Below are positions 50,281 through 62,319 of a DNA stretch of 64,000 nt, piece by piece; position 1 is the stretch's first letter, and each line of letters opens with the position of its first letter. The translations under genes and the position numbers were made by a program. The notes under the pieces are model-generated. The model was not told where the DNA came from. It ran no database searches and saw nothing but the letters and a program-made list of their open reading frames with translations. Source of the DNA: Eutreptiella sp. 'Long Island Sound 2002' (taxonomy: Eukaryota > Protista > Euglenida); NCBI GenBank assembly GCA_964036045.1, contig OZ038378.1, positions 199,392,001 through 199,456,000 on the forward strand, written 5' to 3'.

Positions 50281-51574
50281 GACCTTTTCTCCCAGCCATT
50301 AGACCAAATATAGGGTGTCTTAGGACTCATTGGAATCCTGAGACCATGCTCTATCCAGAGAAACTGCGTATTCAGATTTTGCATCGAAAGATTTTGAGAT
50401 ATTTTGTACTTTTGTGGCCCCACGGTCTGGTTCCCGGCCAAAATATTTGAAATGGTGGGAAGTGTTCCATAAAGGCTGATGGGATCCCGGGTAGTGCAAC
50501 CGGTGTCCGTGCAACCAGTATTGTTGGGGGCCGAACACTTGCCATAAAAGCTGAGTAACTGTGCCGGTTGGTATGCACCGGTTTCATCTTCCAGGAATCA
50601 ATTGTTTACATTGCTTGCCACACGCCACTGGACGAGAGTTGGGTAGTTGTCCCAGTGCTCACAAATGCTACTTCTGCCCCTCAGCGTCCCTCCCGTGCCG
50701 GTGCTGGCAATGCTTGACACAAAAGCATTCCCAAGACAGTGAAATCTGAGGGCGCACACCACGCCTGATGTGAAAAATGCATCGCAGGGCCGGGACTTCC
50801 CGATCACCAAGATTGGTGGTGTGCTGCATTTGCAGACATTTTGCCACTGGTTCTTCGTCTTTTCTTTAGGGGGGGACAAAGGACCTACACCAGGGCTCCG
50901 ACGGGCCGACACTTGGTTGGGTGTACGCTCAGGGGGTGGTGCTGTTTCCATGGCGGTAGGGGCCTTGCTGGTACTCACAACGGGGATAACACCTCAGCCC
51001 TTCGCGGCGGGTCGCGATACCCGGTTGTGGGTGTGGTCGAGGGGGGGCTGCGTGCCATCAACATTTGTATTGGGATTGGGGTGGGAGGGGGGGCAGTGGT
51101 GGCTTGCTGACACCCACATCCAAGGCAACACGTCAGCATCGCAGTGGGCGGGCGGGTGTGGTCTGGGGAGGCATGGGTTGCGCTGCATGCGTGTGCAGGG
51201 GGGAGGCGGGGGGGGGGGGGGCTACCCACGCTGGGCCTTCGTCGTCGAAGCACTTCCCCCCGTCCTTGCTACCCCCCCCTCTGTCGCGGTTCGCCCAGTT
51301 CCCCCGCCTCAGTGCAGCTCACTCCGGGGGTTTGGGACCGCTGGTTCCGGGTGCCGGTGGTGGCGGGTGCAACGAGCCTCCCCCGATCCCGCCCGCCCCT
51401 GCGTCCCCTTTGCAGAGGTCACCTGGGCCTTCCCCGTTGGCCTCCGGGTTTACGCACCCGGTCGGTGGCCCCCTGCGGTGTAGAGGGGGGGGGTGGTCAC
51501 TGGGGTGACATTTTGTTGGTGAGTGGAACGTCAGTCCCCCTGCTCGCGTTGAAGGGGGGGGGGGGGGGGGGAAG

Positions 51575-51760
51575 GCTACTGCTTAAGGACCCTGGGGGGG
51601 GGGGAGGGGTGTTTGGGGCCCTGGCCAGCCCCGCTCGACCCCCCAACATCAGAAAAATTTTCCTCCGGCAAAAAATGAAATTTATTAAAGGGGCCGGAAA
51701 TTTGAGGCCGATTTTAAGGACGGTAATTTTTTTTGGCCTCTGACCCCCCCCCCCCAATAG
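51575..51760 (+). repeat. Partial copy of the 45133 MITE family
   Basis: Shared core catcagaaaa(a)ttttcctc…aaaatgaaattt…aaaggggcc…gattttag…ggcctctgacccc. Confidence 0.75.
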
Positions 51761-51817
51761 CCTGAGTGGGGGGGGGGGGGGGGCAAGGCAAGGCAGCGCC
51801 GGGGGGGGGGGGGGGAC

Positions 51818-52246
51818 CTGCACGAGCTCAGGGAATCGCATGATCTCAATGCGCCAGCCCTGATCGTCCGTCAAGTGCCAGTGAAACACGTTCAGTTTGT
51901 GCAGCGCCATGAGGCCCAGCAGGTGTTTGATGTGCTCGACGGAGTAGTAGTGGCGCACGCTGTCCAGCATCAGCCCCCGCCACGCGTAGCGCGGCCAGTC
52001 CACGACGTCCACCGCCGGCACGGCCCACACCGGCGTGTGCCGCCGCCGCTTCCGGGGCGGCAGCGCGAAGGCGTTGAAGGGCAGCAGCTGCCGCAGCGTC
52101 TGGAAGGCGTAGAAGGCCCCTGCCATTGCGGACACCAGCAGCCGGATGCCGCCGGGGGTGACTTGCAGCTGATACCCCTCGGCCGGGGTGGGACGGTCGT
52201 ACATGACGTGGATGGCCCCCGGTGTATTGACTGTCGTCTCATTGAC
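51818..52246 (-). CDS. GH20 exon 3
   Basis: Acceptor ctccacag; EGYQLQV...GAFYAFQTLRQL...DWPRYAWRGLMLDSVRH...KLNVFHWHLTDDQGWRIEI; 143 codons. Confidence 0.95.
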
Positions 52247-52753
52247 CTGTGGAGGGGTAAAGCTGGGGCTTGGTGGATGTTAGACCCCCCCTTGTTAGGC
52301 CCCCCCTTGTTAGACCCCAGGCAACCGGGGGTCCGTGCACACGAAGAAGCCAAGGAAAGGCATGCGGAGGGTTTGCAGGCATTTTGCCCTCCAAGGCGTT
52401 GGGCTACAGCAAGTCCAAGTGCAATCAAACCCAAGACCACAGCAGCACCAGCAAGAATAGCTTAGAATACCACAACCAACACCAAAAACCAACAACAGCA
52501 GCTGGAGCAAGAGCAACAGCAACAGCAACAGCACAGACAAAAGTATCGTCAACAATGAGAGCGGCGATAGCAGAACCAGCACCAGCAGCACCAGCGTGTC
52601 ATTGCCGCCCGTGCCCCTATCGCCCGCATCCGAATCCAAACCCGAATCTAACTCTAGTCCGCACGCGAAACCGAATCGCAACCTCCACAACCCCCGACAC
52701 CCACCCGCCAGATGGCACGCGTGGCACGACGGAAGCACGCCTCATGCCTGAAC

Positions 52754-53006
52754 CGCCAATTGGCACCGGATGAGGGCCTGCAGTTGCAGGGCCATGGGGC
52801 GCGCACGCTCGTCGGCGGCAAAGATCAGGGTCTGCGAGGACAACGTGAAGTGCCCCGGCAGCACACGCAACTGTGCGGGCCTGGGCAGCACGCACAATGC
52901 GGCGTCCAGGGGGCAGGAGGGGTTGGGCATGTTCGGGAGGAAGTAGGAGAAGCGCTGGGGACCGCCGTGGCACCCGGGCCTCAGAGGCGACTTCGCACGG
53001 CGACAC
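52754..53006 (-). CDS. GH20 exon 2 (start of the GH20b/N-terminal domain)
   Basis: Acceptor gtccgcag (phase 2); VLPRPAQLRVLPGHFTLSSQTLI is the typical GH20b 'lP.P..l....G.F.l' pattern. Donor GCG|GTTCAG; an in-frame GC donor at 52747 is the alternative. Confidence 0.8.
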
Positions 53007-53131
53007 CTGCGGACACAAGGGCTCTGCAGAGGGTTGTGACGAGTAATGGGGGGTTGCACAGGGGCTGTGGAAACGTGCGGACCGCCATCGGGAGTTGCAG
53101 GACCGTGTGGGATGAAGGGGAAAGGCAGGGG

Positions 53132-53337
53132 CAGGGCTTCTTTTGAGCAGGGGGGGGGAGGGGGGGAGGGGGTTTTGGACCCAAAACTTGGTGTACCAAA
53201 AATGGCCTGACCAGATTTTCCCAATTGTAAATTTCGTTTTTTCCCACTATGGTCACTTTGGTCTGGGGAGGGGGGGTGGAGGTTTTGGGGGAGGGGTCCC
53301 CCCCCCCTTGGTTTTTAATTATTCTAAAGAAGCCCTG
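53132..53337. mobile_element. hAT-superfamily MITE (206 bp)
   Basis: TIR CAGGGCTTCTTT / AAAGAAGCCCTG; exact TSD GGCAGGGG at 53124-53131 and 53338-53345. Confidence 0.85.
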
Positions 53338-55296
53338 GGCAGGGGCCTCTCAAAAGGGCTTGCGTGACCGAGGCCCTTGCCAACCCGCCAGCTGTCAGGC
53401 GCAATCGTCATTCACACTGCATTGGTTCTGGTGTCCGAAGGGATATGCTATGAACAATCCAGATGAACCTCCATGTATCCACGCGTCACAAATGCAAACA
53501 TATCCACAATCAAACTTCGAGAGAGCACATGGAAAGATGACGATATCTTACGGCATCCAAGGGTGCCTGCATACGACTTACTGTCTGTCCTGCCAACCGT
53601 AGGCACCGTAATCAAGCACTCCTTGGGCTCTCGGTTCCTGTGGCTGTGATAGTTGTGTGTGGGACTATGGCTGAAAAGGAAAGGTGGTAAAATGCGTGAA
53701 GTGTTACGGCTGAAGTCGTGCTCAGTTTCTAGGCATCGAGACTTCTGTGCTGGCGGAGTAAGCCGAAGAGGCTCCCATAGAGTTGGTGATCTGATCCAAT
53801 GTCAGCATCAGAGTCAGATTCCAAAATGTTTTCCCCATGAACGGCACAAAACCTGGAGAGGAAAGCAGATGTCACGGACTTGGGGGGGGGGGGTACCCAA
53901 CCTATATGAGCCGATGTGATCCCCACAACACGCTGATCATTTTCATTTATGTATCACAGGGGAACTTTTTTCCCGGCACATTGCTGTCCGAGTTGCTTTG
54001 CACCCCGATTCAAGCTGGTTTTCACAGTCAACACATGTGGGAACCCTTTTCCTAGTCACCCTCTCCAGCTTTTTCGGGGGTTCGGGGGTTCGGGGGTTCA
54101 CCCCTTTTGTGGCACCCCGATGCTTTTCAGTATCGGCTGCTCTGAGCTCCCCTGAACACACTGGTCGTGGTGCTTGTCCGAGGGTCGGACATGCCAATGC
54201 CCCAAATGACCGCAGGTTCAGCAATGATCGTATCCTCTTGACAATATTCCACGTGCTGTACCCTTTGGACATGGCTGGAAAACCCAGGGCCCAATCAAAC
54301 TTTCTTGGGTGGACCTGGGAGAGTGGGGGCTTCTGCAAAAAGTGACACCATGCGGGGTTCTGCAACCAGCCCCCCCCCCAGGTTTCTAGGCATTTCCCAT
54401 TACAGCAAGTCAGGGAATTCCCTTCCCCTGTTTTCGGGGAGGGGGGGGCATTCTTTACCCGAGGAAACTGTTATTGTCATGCAGCCTTTTGAGGGCCACC
54501 AGCACTCTGAACGGACATTTCATGCGTAGCGTCTCCCATCGGGGTGCACTGCAGGATATTTTGGGGAAATCACAGGGGACTTCACGGGGATACACATGGG
54601 TCCAATGCAAGTCAAGGCCCTACCACGTTGCTTTACTTGTACTGCAGGTGGTCCCCCATCACTTTTGGCAGACATTACTTTCACCTGCTTTTGAGCCCTT
54701 GGTGACTCCTTTGTAACCATACCCTAGCACACGCATCGTGTGCCACCACCACCACACTGAGCAACGCACACTGCTCACTTTCAAGCTAGTTTTGACCTTT
54801 GTTTGTGGGGAGAAGCTGTCATTGTCAAAATTAAGTTCTCACGGTCAAAGAATTCATCTTTATTATATTACTTATGTATGACGCATTTCCACTCTCATAG
54901 TGGGCCCTTTTCAACGCATTACGGGGCTTCACAAGCATACAAACGGGCCAAAGGTGACCAACTGTGGTCCATCAAAACGATGTTTTGACCATCCTAGCAT
55001 TCGATGGTCCCTTTCAAAAAGTCTTTTTTGCCCCAACCCCCCCGCTGACTATCGACCCAAAGCCCTACTCTGGAATATGCACAATGCACCATAAACGCTT
55101 CTAGAGGGGGGTGAAGGGTGCCTGCTACCATGGCTTTTCATCGCCATTCAAAAGCAGTCAAATCCACGGTTATGCAGAATCCCGCAGGATTGTGGAGGAT
55201 TGTAGAGAGCTGTAGAGGGTGATGGAGGTTGGTGTGGTGTTGGCAAGGTTTATCCAGGGTTTTGGTACGGCTTTCGAGAGGGTGTGGAGGCTGTAC

Positions 55297-55658
55297 CATG
55301 GAGCTTCGTCTTGACAATAGCGCTCTTCATCCTCCGGGTTGCGCTTCGGTTTGGGGCTTGGCCTTGCTGGCGGACTTGGTGTCGCAGATGTGGGGTTTTG
55401 CGCGTGAGCTTGTGAGGACACATCGGGAGGGGGGTTATGGTCTACGGGTTGCTGGCGACTCATCTGAGGCTGAGGCTGCGCGGACTTTCTCGTGGGATCC
55501 AGCGCAGGGCGCTGCAGTGGAGCACCTCGCACTGGGGTGGCTTGGGCTGTGCTATCCGGCACAGGGTTGGCGCGCCACAGCCTCACATGGAGCAACGCGA
55601 AGGTGACCATTATGCAAATGAGAAAGACCCGCCATGGCAATCGCGGCTTGCGAGGCAT
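55297..55658 (-). CDS. GH20 beta-N-acetylhexosaminidase exon 1: short basic tail, TM/signal anchor, Pro/Gln-rich stem
   Basis: MPRKPRLPWRVFLICIMVTFALLHVRLW followed by a P/Q/S-rich linker. Donor TG|GTACAG (phase 2) joins exon 2 to give Trp. Confidence 0.72.
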
Positions 55659-55694
55659 TGGGGCCGCAGGCCACGAACATTCAGCAAAAGAGGG

Positions 55695-55730
55695 CTGGAA
55701 CATGGGGCACACATGAGGACAGGAGGGCGT
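55695..55730 (-). promoter_or_regulatory. Pyrimidine-rich 3' splice acceptor (…ccatgttccAG) 36 nt upstream of the GH20 ATG; candidate cis- or SL-trans-splice site
   Basis: Minus strand reads ccctcctgtcctcatgtgtgccccatgttccag|ccctct…ccaATG. Use of this site is inferred only. Confidence 0.4.
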
Positions 55731-57081
55731 CTGATGGGAGGAGCAGCAGACGTGCGAACATAAAATGCCAGTGCCAGGGCTTGGCGGGCTTTCACTTCCG
55801 GGGGGGGGGGGGGGTCGATAGAGCCCTCCGGCCGGACCCCCCCCCCCAAAAGGGCTCAATTGACGGGACCCCCCAAAACCAACCTGGGGACGTCTGTGGT
55901 TCCAATGACGGTGGTATTTGTGTTTCAGGACACAAGGCCCCCGGTCAATTCTGGCTACACATGTATGTAGTGCCTCACCATGGCCTATCATTAGAACCAC
56001 ATGAGCTGGGGGGTGCCTAACAAGGGGACAAAATCAGAAGTGCATAGCCCCTGCCAAAAGTGGCTCCTAAGCTTCTTTTGAATAGTGACAATGGTGTCTG
56101 TCAATGGAGCTCTTTTCCCGAACCCTCCCCCCCCCCCAGTTTTTGGCTCTCTATCGACCTCCCCCCCCGAAAGTGAAAACCCGGCGCCCCCAGAGCCTAA
56201 TCTTACATCTGAGCAAAGCCATAGAAGCCCACTACATGCGCTCCCCCAAGCCGTGGAACCCCCCCCCCCCCACTTAAGATACCCCCCCCCCTACTTATCG
56301 TACACCCCCTGGGAAGCCACGAAAATCAAGTACCTAAGGGACCCCCCTTTGGTGAAACACCTCATAAACAAAGCAAGACAACGTTCTATGCCCCCATTGG
56401 ATAAACTGCCCAGATCAGAACCTTCAGAACCGTCACCCACATCATCACCATTGACAACAAAAGAGTTCAATGCAATGTCTGCCATGTCTAGAACTGCAGT
56501 ACCACTATGGCAAGAACTGCAAACGTAAAATCTGCAATGTGAAGGACACACCCCCACTTATTGTACCCCCCCCCCCCCCGGACTTATCGTAGCCCCCCTT
56601 AGGAAGCCAAAAAATTTCAGTTCGGGATCGTACCCAGGGGTACGATTATGGGGGCTGGGGGAGTTTACACATCAGCTGGACAACGGCATTGGTCACGTGT
56701 GCATGGTAGCAGCTGCTGCCCCACCATTCAGCCACCTGCCCGCGCCCTGTTCTGTGGGCAAGGGCAAATGGAACAGTTCCGTTGCCAGACCTACAGAAAC
56801 TCGCACCGTCTTTCCTGAGGATGGTATATGCGCTCGCTCGTTAAGGCAATTGGCAGTACAGACTGGGGCCTTTTTTTTTTTCACGGGCAGCTTCGTCTTT
56901 TATCTTTTCCATTTTTGAGCCCAGCGACCAACGGGCGTTGGCCGCTGCTGATTCACTGGGCACCTCAAATCAGCATCGGGGGAATCAAGGCTGGTGTCGG
57001 TTCACAAATAGAGCATTTTAAATTACTTCATTCCACGTGCTTGCACGCTCACTCACTCACTCGCTCATGCACACGCGCACG

Positions 57082-57114
<33 letters not shown>
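57082..57114. repeat. (CA)n(GA)n compound microsatellite next to the donor of the 26-kb intron
   Basis: Direct observation. Confidence 0.95.
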
Positions 57115-57120
57115 GGAAAC

Positions 57121-57510
57121 CTCTCCAGGCAGAAGCGTTGGATAATGCGGCTCCCAGACCTGATATCCCACTGTCAGTCTGTGCCTGCTCAAGAACCGCA
57201 AAATGTGTGCCACGCGGCGCAGAGCCTCTGCATCGCGTGGCACGACCTGGTTCCACGTGCCCCACACGTTCTCCCAGGCCACGTACCCCGCGGCATTGAA
57301 ATAACAGTAATGCAGCGCGTCGGTGCGGTTGCGGGCCCAACGGTCGCTCACATGCGTCATGCGCTGCCCGTACGGGCTGATCCATTTCGCACGGTCTACG
57401 CCGGGGGCGACTGCGTACGTCGTCTGGGCCGTAGTGTTGTTGGTGGCGGCCTCCCAGTATCCCCAGCCCACCGTCGTCCAGCCCAGCGACGCGAAAGTCA
57501 CATTGCTGCC
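57121..57510 (-). CDS. FGE-domain protein, internal exon B
   Basis: Acceptor gtgtcag, donor GAG|GTTTCC; 130 codons: WGYWE...DRWARNRTDALHYCYFNAAGYVAWENVWGTWNQVVPRDAEALRR...WEPHYPTLLPGE. Phase 0 at both ends. Confidence 0.87.
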
Positions 57511-59744
57511 CTGACACAATAAAATCACCGTTGTGGAATCCCGCGGATGGGAGGAATGCAACAGCACCCTCGTTGAGGGATGGGGGTGGGGGTCGCTGTG
57601 TGACACTTCATGCCTCTGCATGCACCACATCGGGGGTGACCATGTGTGTAATTGAGTGTGTTAGTGAGTGTGTCTGTGACTGTGAGCGCGGTGTGTGTGT
57701 GTGTTTGTGTGCTCTGTACTATTAACGAGGTTGATGGCTTTTAATGTCCTGGCCGCTCTTGCGACGGGAGGGTTAGTACTATTAACGAGGTAGATCCATA
57801 TGCAGCCTGGAGGCGGCAGCCACATTCGTGTTGACTTGAGAGCCTGCCCTCCATGTGTCCGTTCCCCGACTCTTTTGCTGAATCAGAACCTCTGCGAGCT
57901 GACGTCCTTTAAGTTTGTTCTGTGCTGGCCCTCCCGTGGCCCCATGAAAATAGGATGCGTGGTTGCAACTCCTGATCCTCCTTCATGCCCTGCGGCTACA
58001 GCGCTAGGGTGAGGGGGGTACTGCTGGCAGTGGTTGCCACCTCTTTGCTGGCTGTGGTGTGCCGGGTGTGTTTGGGGCGCAATGCCGCCCCACGTGTGTT
58101 CGTGCGTGCGCGGTGTGTGCGCGCCGTCTTTTTGCAATAGGCCCCTATTCAAAGGCAGGACGCTTACACGGTAGCGTGCGTGCGGGAGTCACCACCTTGT
58201 GGTGGCCTCGGTTGCAGCAGTGCCTGACCCCCCTCCGAGTCAGCGTGCATTGTGGGCAAGGGGGGACGTTGTGTTTGGAACATCGATGTGAAAGCGGCAG
58301 TCGGGCCAAATAACCCTGCTCGTGGTGTCCGGCATCACAACAGACTTGCGCTATCCTGCCCAGCGTGCGGCATGTCGCACACGCTGTGGCCGTGTGTCGT
58401 GCACACATGGTAACAGGGACGCATGTTGGGGCGGGGGCGGGGGCTGGGTCTTCCACTAGCTGCCTGCGTCTTGTAGTAGTGTACGGTGCCTGTGGCACCT
58501 TGCCATCCCACATGACGAGAAAGATTCCCTCGCAAAGGTGCCGCTGGAGCCTCCCTTGACCATGTTGGTGTGCCTGGATGTTGGCATGAGGCCTGTATTG
58601 AGAGTCCCGCACAGAGCCCGACGCATTAGTGACTCTTCAACCTCCTCCGCCGTTTTGCGTGCGCGATACACGTACGGTCTGTGCACATGCGCGCGTGTGT
58701 GGGAGCGGGTAGCCCATGTGGACTCACAGTAACGTGCAAGCATGTTAACGTGAGCGATCATTTGGCGCCCACAGGCAAAATACGGTCGCCTGATCAGTCC
58801 GCAAAGGGCTGGACCCCACAATGGAATCAGTGCCCCGCATCTGGTCATTGTGGATGTAGGGTATAGCAGCCCTATTTTCACCAATTTTTGCACAGTGGCC
58901 AAGGCCAATCGGAGTACACGCGCGTGTTCCTATAAAGAGAGGGTGTGTCCTGTGTATTTTGCCTCTGGTGCTACCGGTAGTGTGCGACCCGCAAAGTCCT
59001 CGAAATCCAGTGCTAACTCGAGGAAGTGACCGTTCCTAGAGCATCAGACCATTGCAGGGCCCGTAGCCACCGCAGCAAGTCTCTCATGAAAGGCATGAAA
59101 GGCAGTTCCTACGGCTAGTTTTTTGCTATGGGTGTGGCCAGTGATAAGATGGGGGGCTTCGCCGGCTTGGGCAATGGGCCTAGAAGTTGTTGCCAAGGGT
59201 AGGCACCACGGGGGGGGGGGGCGTACCATCGGGCCATACGCCGACTCCCTCCCACTTTCCAGCCAATTTCAGGGCGGGGGGGGGGGGGGGGGGTCTGGGG
59301 CCGGCTGAAGGGGAGGGGGGCACCCGGACCCCAACGCATATGGCTTAACATGACCCCCTCATCGCGCTAGACATTTTTGCCGAATGTATGTTGGCAAGAA
59401 AAATTGCTATAAGGGGGGGGGGGGCATGGTAGGTGCTACATCACCCCTGCCTTCTTCCTTGCCAATCAAGTCCAAAACGGCCAATTCCTCCATGTTTGCA
59501 CCAACGATGTATGGCTGATCATGTAGGGGGTAAACCTCAAGGCAAAGGTATTCACGTGTTGGGGCAATCAACAATAAGCTAAGCACCCAATGTGGATTGG
59601 CCAAATATATACACGTTATATACACGTGCCACAGTAAAGGGGGGGTTGCAACAGCCACATCAATGGCCGATTGCAAAATGCGGTGTGCCCATGAATCAAC
59701 CAACTCTTGTCTACGCTGCCCACCTCAAACTACTCATTCAAAAA

Positions 59745-60285
59745 TGAATCACATTGCCTGCCGTCTTGGGGGCCCATTTACCTTCTCGGGGGTCCCAAAT
59801 GTGGGGAGGAAATCACTCCGAAATCAGTTCTTTCCGGGGCCCATTTGTGGGCAAAGTGGCAACACAACCCCTCCTGTCTCGGGGGCCCATTTGTGGGCAA
59901 AATGGCTACATAACCACTACTGTCTCGGGGGTCCCCAATGTAGGGAGGAAATCAGAATTGGCTCGGGTACAGCTGGTTGGGTATTTGTCTGTTGAACACC
60001 CTCATCTGCCTCTGCTTGTGGGGAGGGAATCAAAGGGGCTACAAAACCCCTGCCGTTTCAGACGGGCAAAATGGCTACATAACCCGTGCCGTCTGGTGGT
60101 TATCCATGTGGGGAGGAAATCAGAAGTGGCTGCATAACCCCGACCATCTGGGGGCCCTGATGTGGGGAGGAAATCAGAAGTGGCTCCATAATCTCTGCCG
60201 TCTTGGGGGCACACATGTGGGCGGAGTGGCTACACAACCCCTATCATCTCGGGTCCCCAATGTGTGGAGGAAAAGACGTTTTTCT
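59745..60285 (+). repeat. Tandem degenerate ~55-60-bp units (ggctacataaccc…tctcggggg(t)ccc.aatgtggggaggaaatc)
   Basis: Roughly 8-9 units; related units at 43520-43640 and 39580-39620. Confidence 0.8.
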
Positions 60286-61212
60286 TAATTTCTGTAACTT
60301 AGTAAAATGTGTACTAAGTAAAAAAAATGGGGGAAAAAAGTGTTTCCACTAACTTTCGAAACTTAGGAACAAAAACCCCAAGATATACTGAAACCCGGGC
60401 ACAAAACATTTTAACAAAATTTCAAAATGTTTTCGAAAAAATTTCTCAGTTTTACCCACAGACCCCACAAGGGGGAGGCGAGGAGGGGGAGGGGGATGGG
60501 AGGCGGGGAGCCCCCCACCCTCTCGGCGCCCCCCCCCCCCTCCCAGTGCGGCAAGCCACAGCGGGGAGGGCGTCCAAAAGGCGCCTTATGTTGTACTCAT
60601 GTGAGTAGCGCGGGGCAGCAGTGTGCAAATCATGCATGGGGCACCAGGGGGTACAGCACTGTTGCTCCAGGCAGCACCCAGGTCATTGCAGGCCTCGAAA
60701 GTGGCTGGTTTGAGGCATCTTGTATGGTAGGCAGACTTCAGCCTGTCAGTCGCGACCCATCTGCATCGATCCCAAATGACGAACCGGAAACAAAAGTACA
60801 GGTAATGCCACACCTTCATCTGATAAATGGCCAAAACTGCAAGCCCCTACCCCCCAAAAAAGAAAAGAAAACGCACGTATTCTTATGGTGCCCCTCACCC
60901 CACCACCTCCTCCTCCTCCACTGTTGAGTTGGGCAACGAATACATCATTTTCGAGCTTGTCAGGCAACGGACAACCCGCATGCCATGGTCTTTTCGCTTG
61001 AAGTGCCTCCAAGTGATGATAACTTGGCTGCGTGTTCTTATGGTGGCGCCTGTTATTTTTTTTTTCGGGGGCGGGGGATGAAATAGATGTGTCTCAGAGT
61101 CTACGAGCACGTCACAGACGTTCGATGGGTTCGCCATACAGTGAGAGCCCCCGCACTATTCCGCTTCTCAAGCCGCTGCACACCGCCTGTGAAATGCGGT
61201 GCCCCCGCATAC

Positions 61213-61410
61213 CAGCGCCATGGTCGCATAGCCCCCGCCCTCGGCCTCTGCGGCCATGCCTCTGGCCGCGAAGGCCCGCGGCACGTACTGCATCGTGTCG
61301 CCGTTGAAGCCGTCGGCCCCCACAGCCTCCAGCAGCGCCGCGAGCGCGGCGGCGTCCCCACGCGCCTCAGGACGGGTCCCACTGTCCCACGGGTTGTACG
61401 GCAGCAGCAC
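61213..61410 (-). CDS. FGE/sulfatase-modifying-factor-domain protein, internal exon A (glycosidase-like N-terminal region)
   Basis: Acceptor ctcgcag, donor CTG|GTATGC; 66 codons: VLLPYNPWDSGTR...GADGFNGDTMQYVPRAF. From recall, this resembles the N-terminal region of long bacterial FGE-family proteins. Confidence 0.85.
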
Positions 61411-61700
61411 CTGCGAGCATCGGGGGATGCCAGGCCACGAAATCCGGTTGTTGGTACTGGGGGATGCATGACCAGGGGGATGCCCCCGCCCCCGTGAGCA
61501 CAAGGCAGAGGGAGGGCATTGGGGGTACAGCGAAGCGCAGCGTTCAGCGCGGAGGTGCGAGGGCCTTCGTGGAAAGGGCACGTGCGGGGTGCGCACCGCA
61601 TCCCCCGCCCATTGCATGCACGTTTGGCTGGAGTAGCTCCACTGGTTGTGAAGTAGTAGACCGATCGGGCGGGGGGGGGGGGTTCAGTTCAGTTCCGCAC

Positions 61701-61895
61701 CAGGCCATTGCTTAAGGACCTCAGGGGGGGGGGGGGGGATTTGGGGCCCTTGCCAGCCCCGGGTCACCCACCGCCCCACCCACATCAGAAAAATTTTCCT
61801 CAAACAGAAAATGAAATTTATTGAAGGGGCTGGAAATTTGAGACCGATTTTAGGGACACAAACGGTTTTTGGCCTCTGACCACCCCCCTCCCCCC
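61701..61895 (+). repeat. Partial copy of the 45133 MITE family (left TIR only)
   Basis: Starts CAGGCCATTGCTTAAGG and has the same core; no right TIR seen. Confidence 0.75.
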
Positions 61896-62319
61896 TTGTG
61901 TTGAGTTGCTGTTGCAAGGTCGGTTGGATATGTTTGCTTCCTGGGGACTGAAACTTCTGTGCTGGCAGATGATGTGAGTGAGACAGTGCTCTGGTCCGCA
62001 ACACCATCACAACAATTGGAATCATGATCCGAAGCTGGGGGATGTCCTCCCCCAAGGGTGCTGCAGATCCAAAGCAGATAGTATGCATACAGCAGGGCTA
62101 TCTGCAAGGCTCAGGAAATGTGGTGATGGTGTGTAGTGAGCTGCACTAGACCGAATTGCAGGTCGTGGCACCATCGGAGAAATGGCTGTGTGGTTGGGCG
62201 CAAAAGTATCAAAAAGATTGCCCCTGACTGGGGAATTGCAAGGAGATTGTAGTGCTGGTAGATCCTCGCGCCTCTTTGCAGTGAGCGGTGGATGTTACGA
62301 GCCTAGGGGCGACGGATTG

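Noticed and set aside
52270-52773. Ala/Thr/Gln- or Leu-rich ORFs
   Set aside because: Degenerate CAG/CAA triplet tract inside GH20 intron 2; exons 2 and 3 join in phase without it.
55170-56000. 276-aa ORF as an independent gene
   Set aside because: The 5' part runs through a poly-C MITE-like repeat and the 3' part through an 11-mer repeat. Only 55658-55297 fits as GH20 exon 1.
58456-58908. Extra exon of the FGE gene
   Set aside because: Exons A and B already join in phase with continuous homology; no motif in this ORF.
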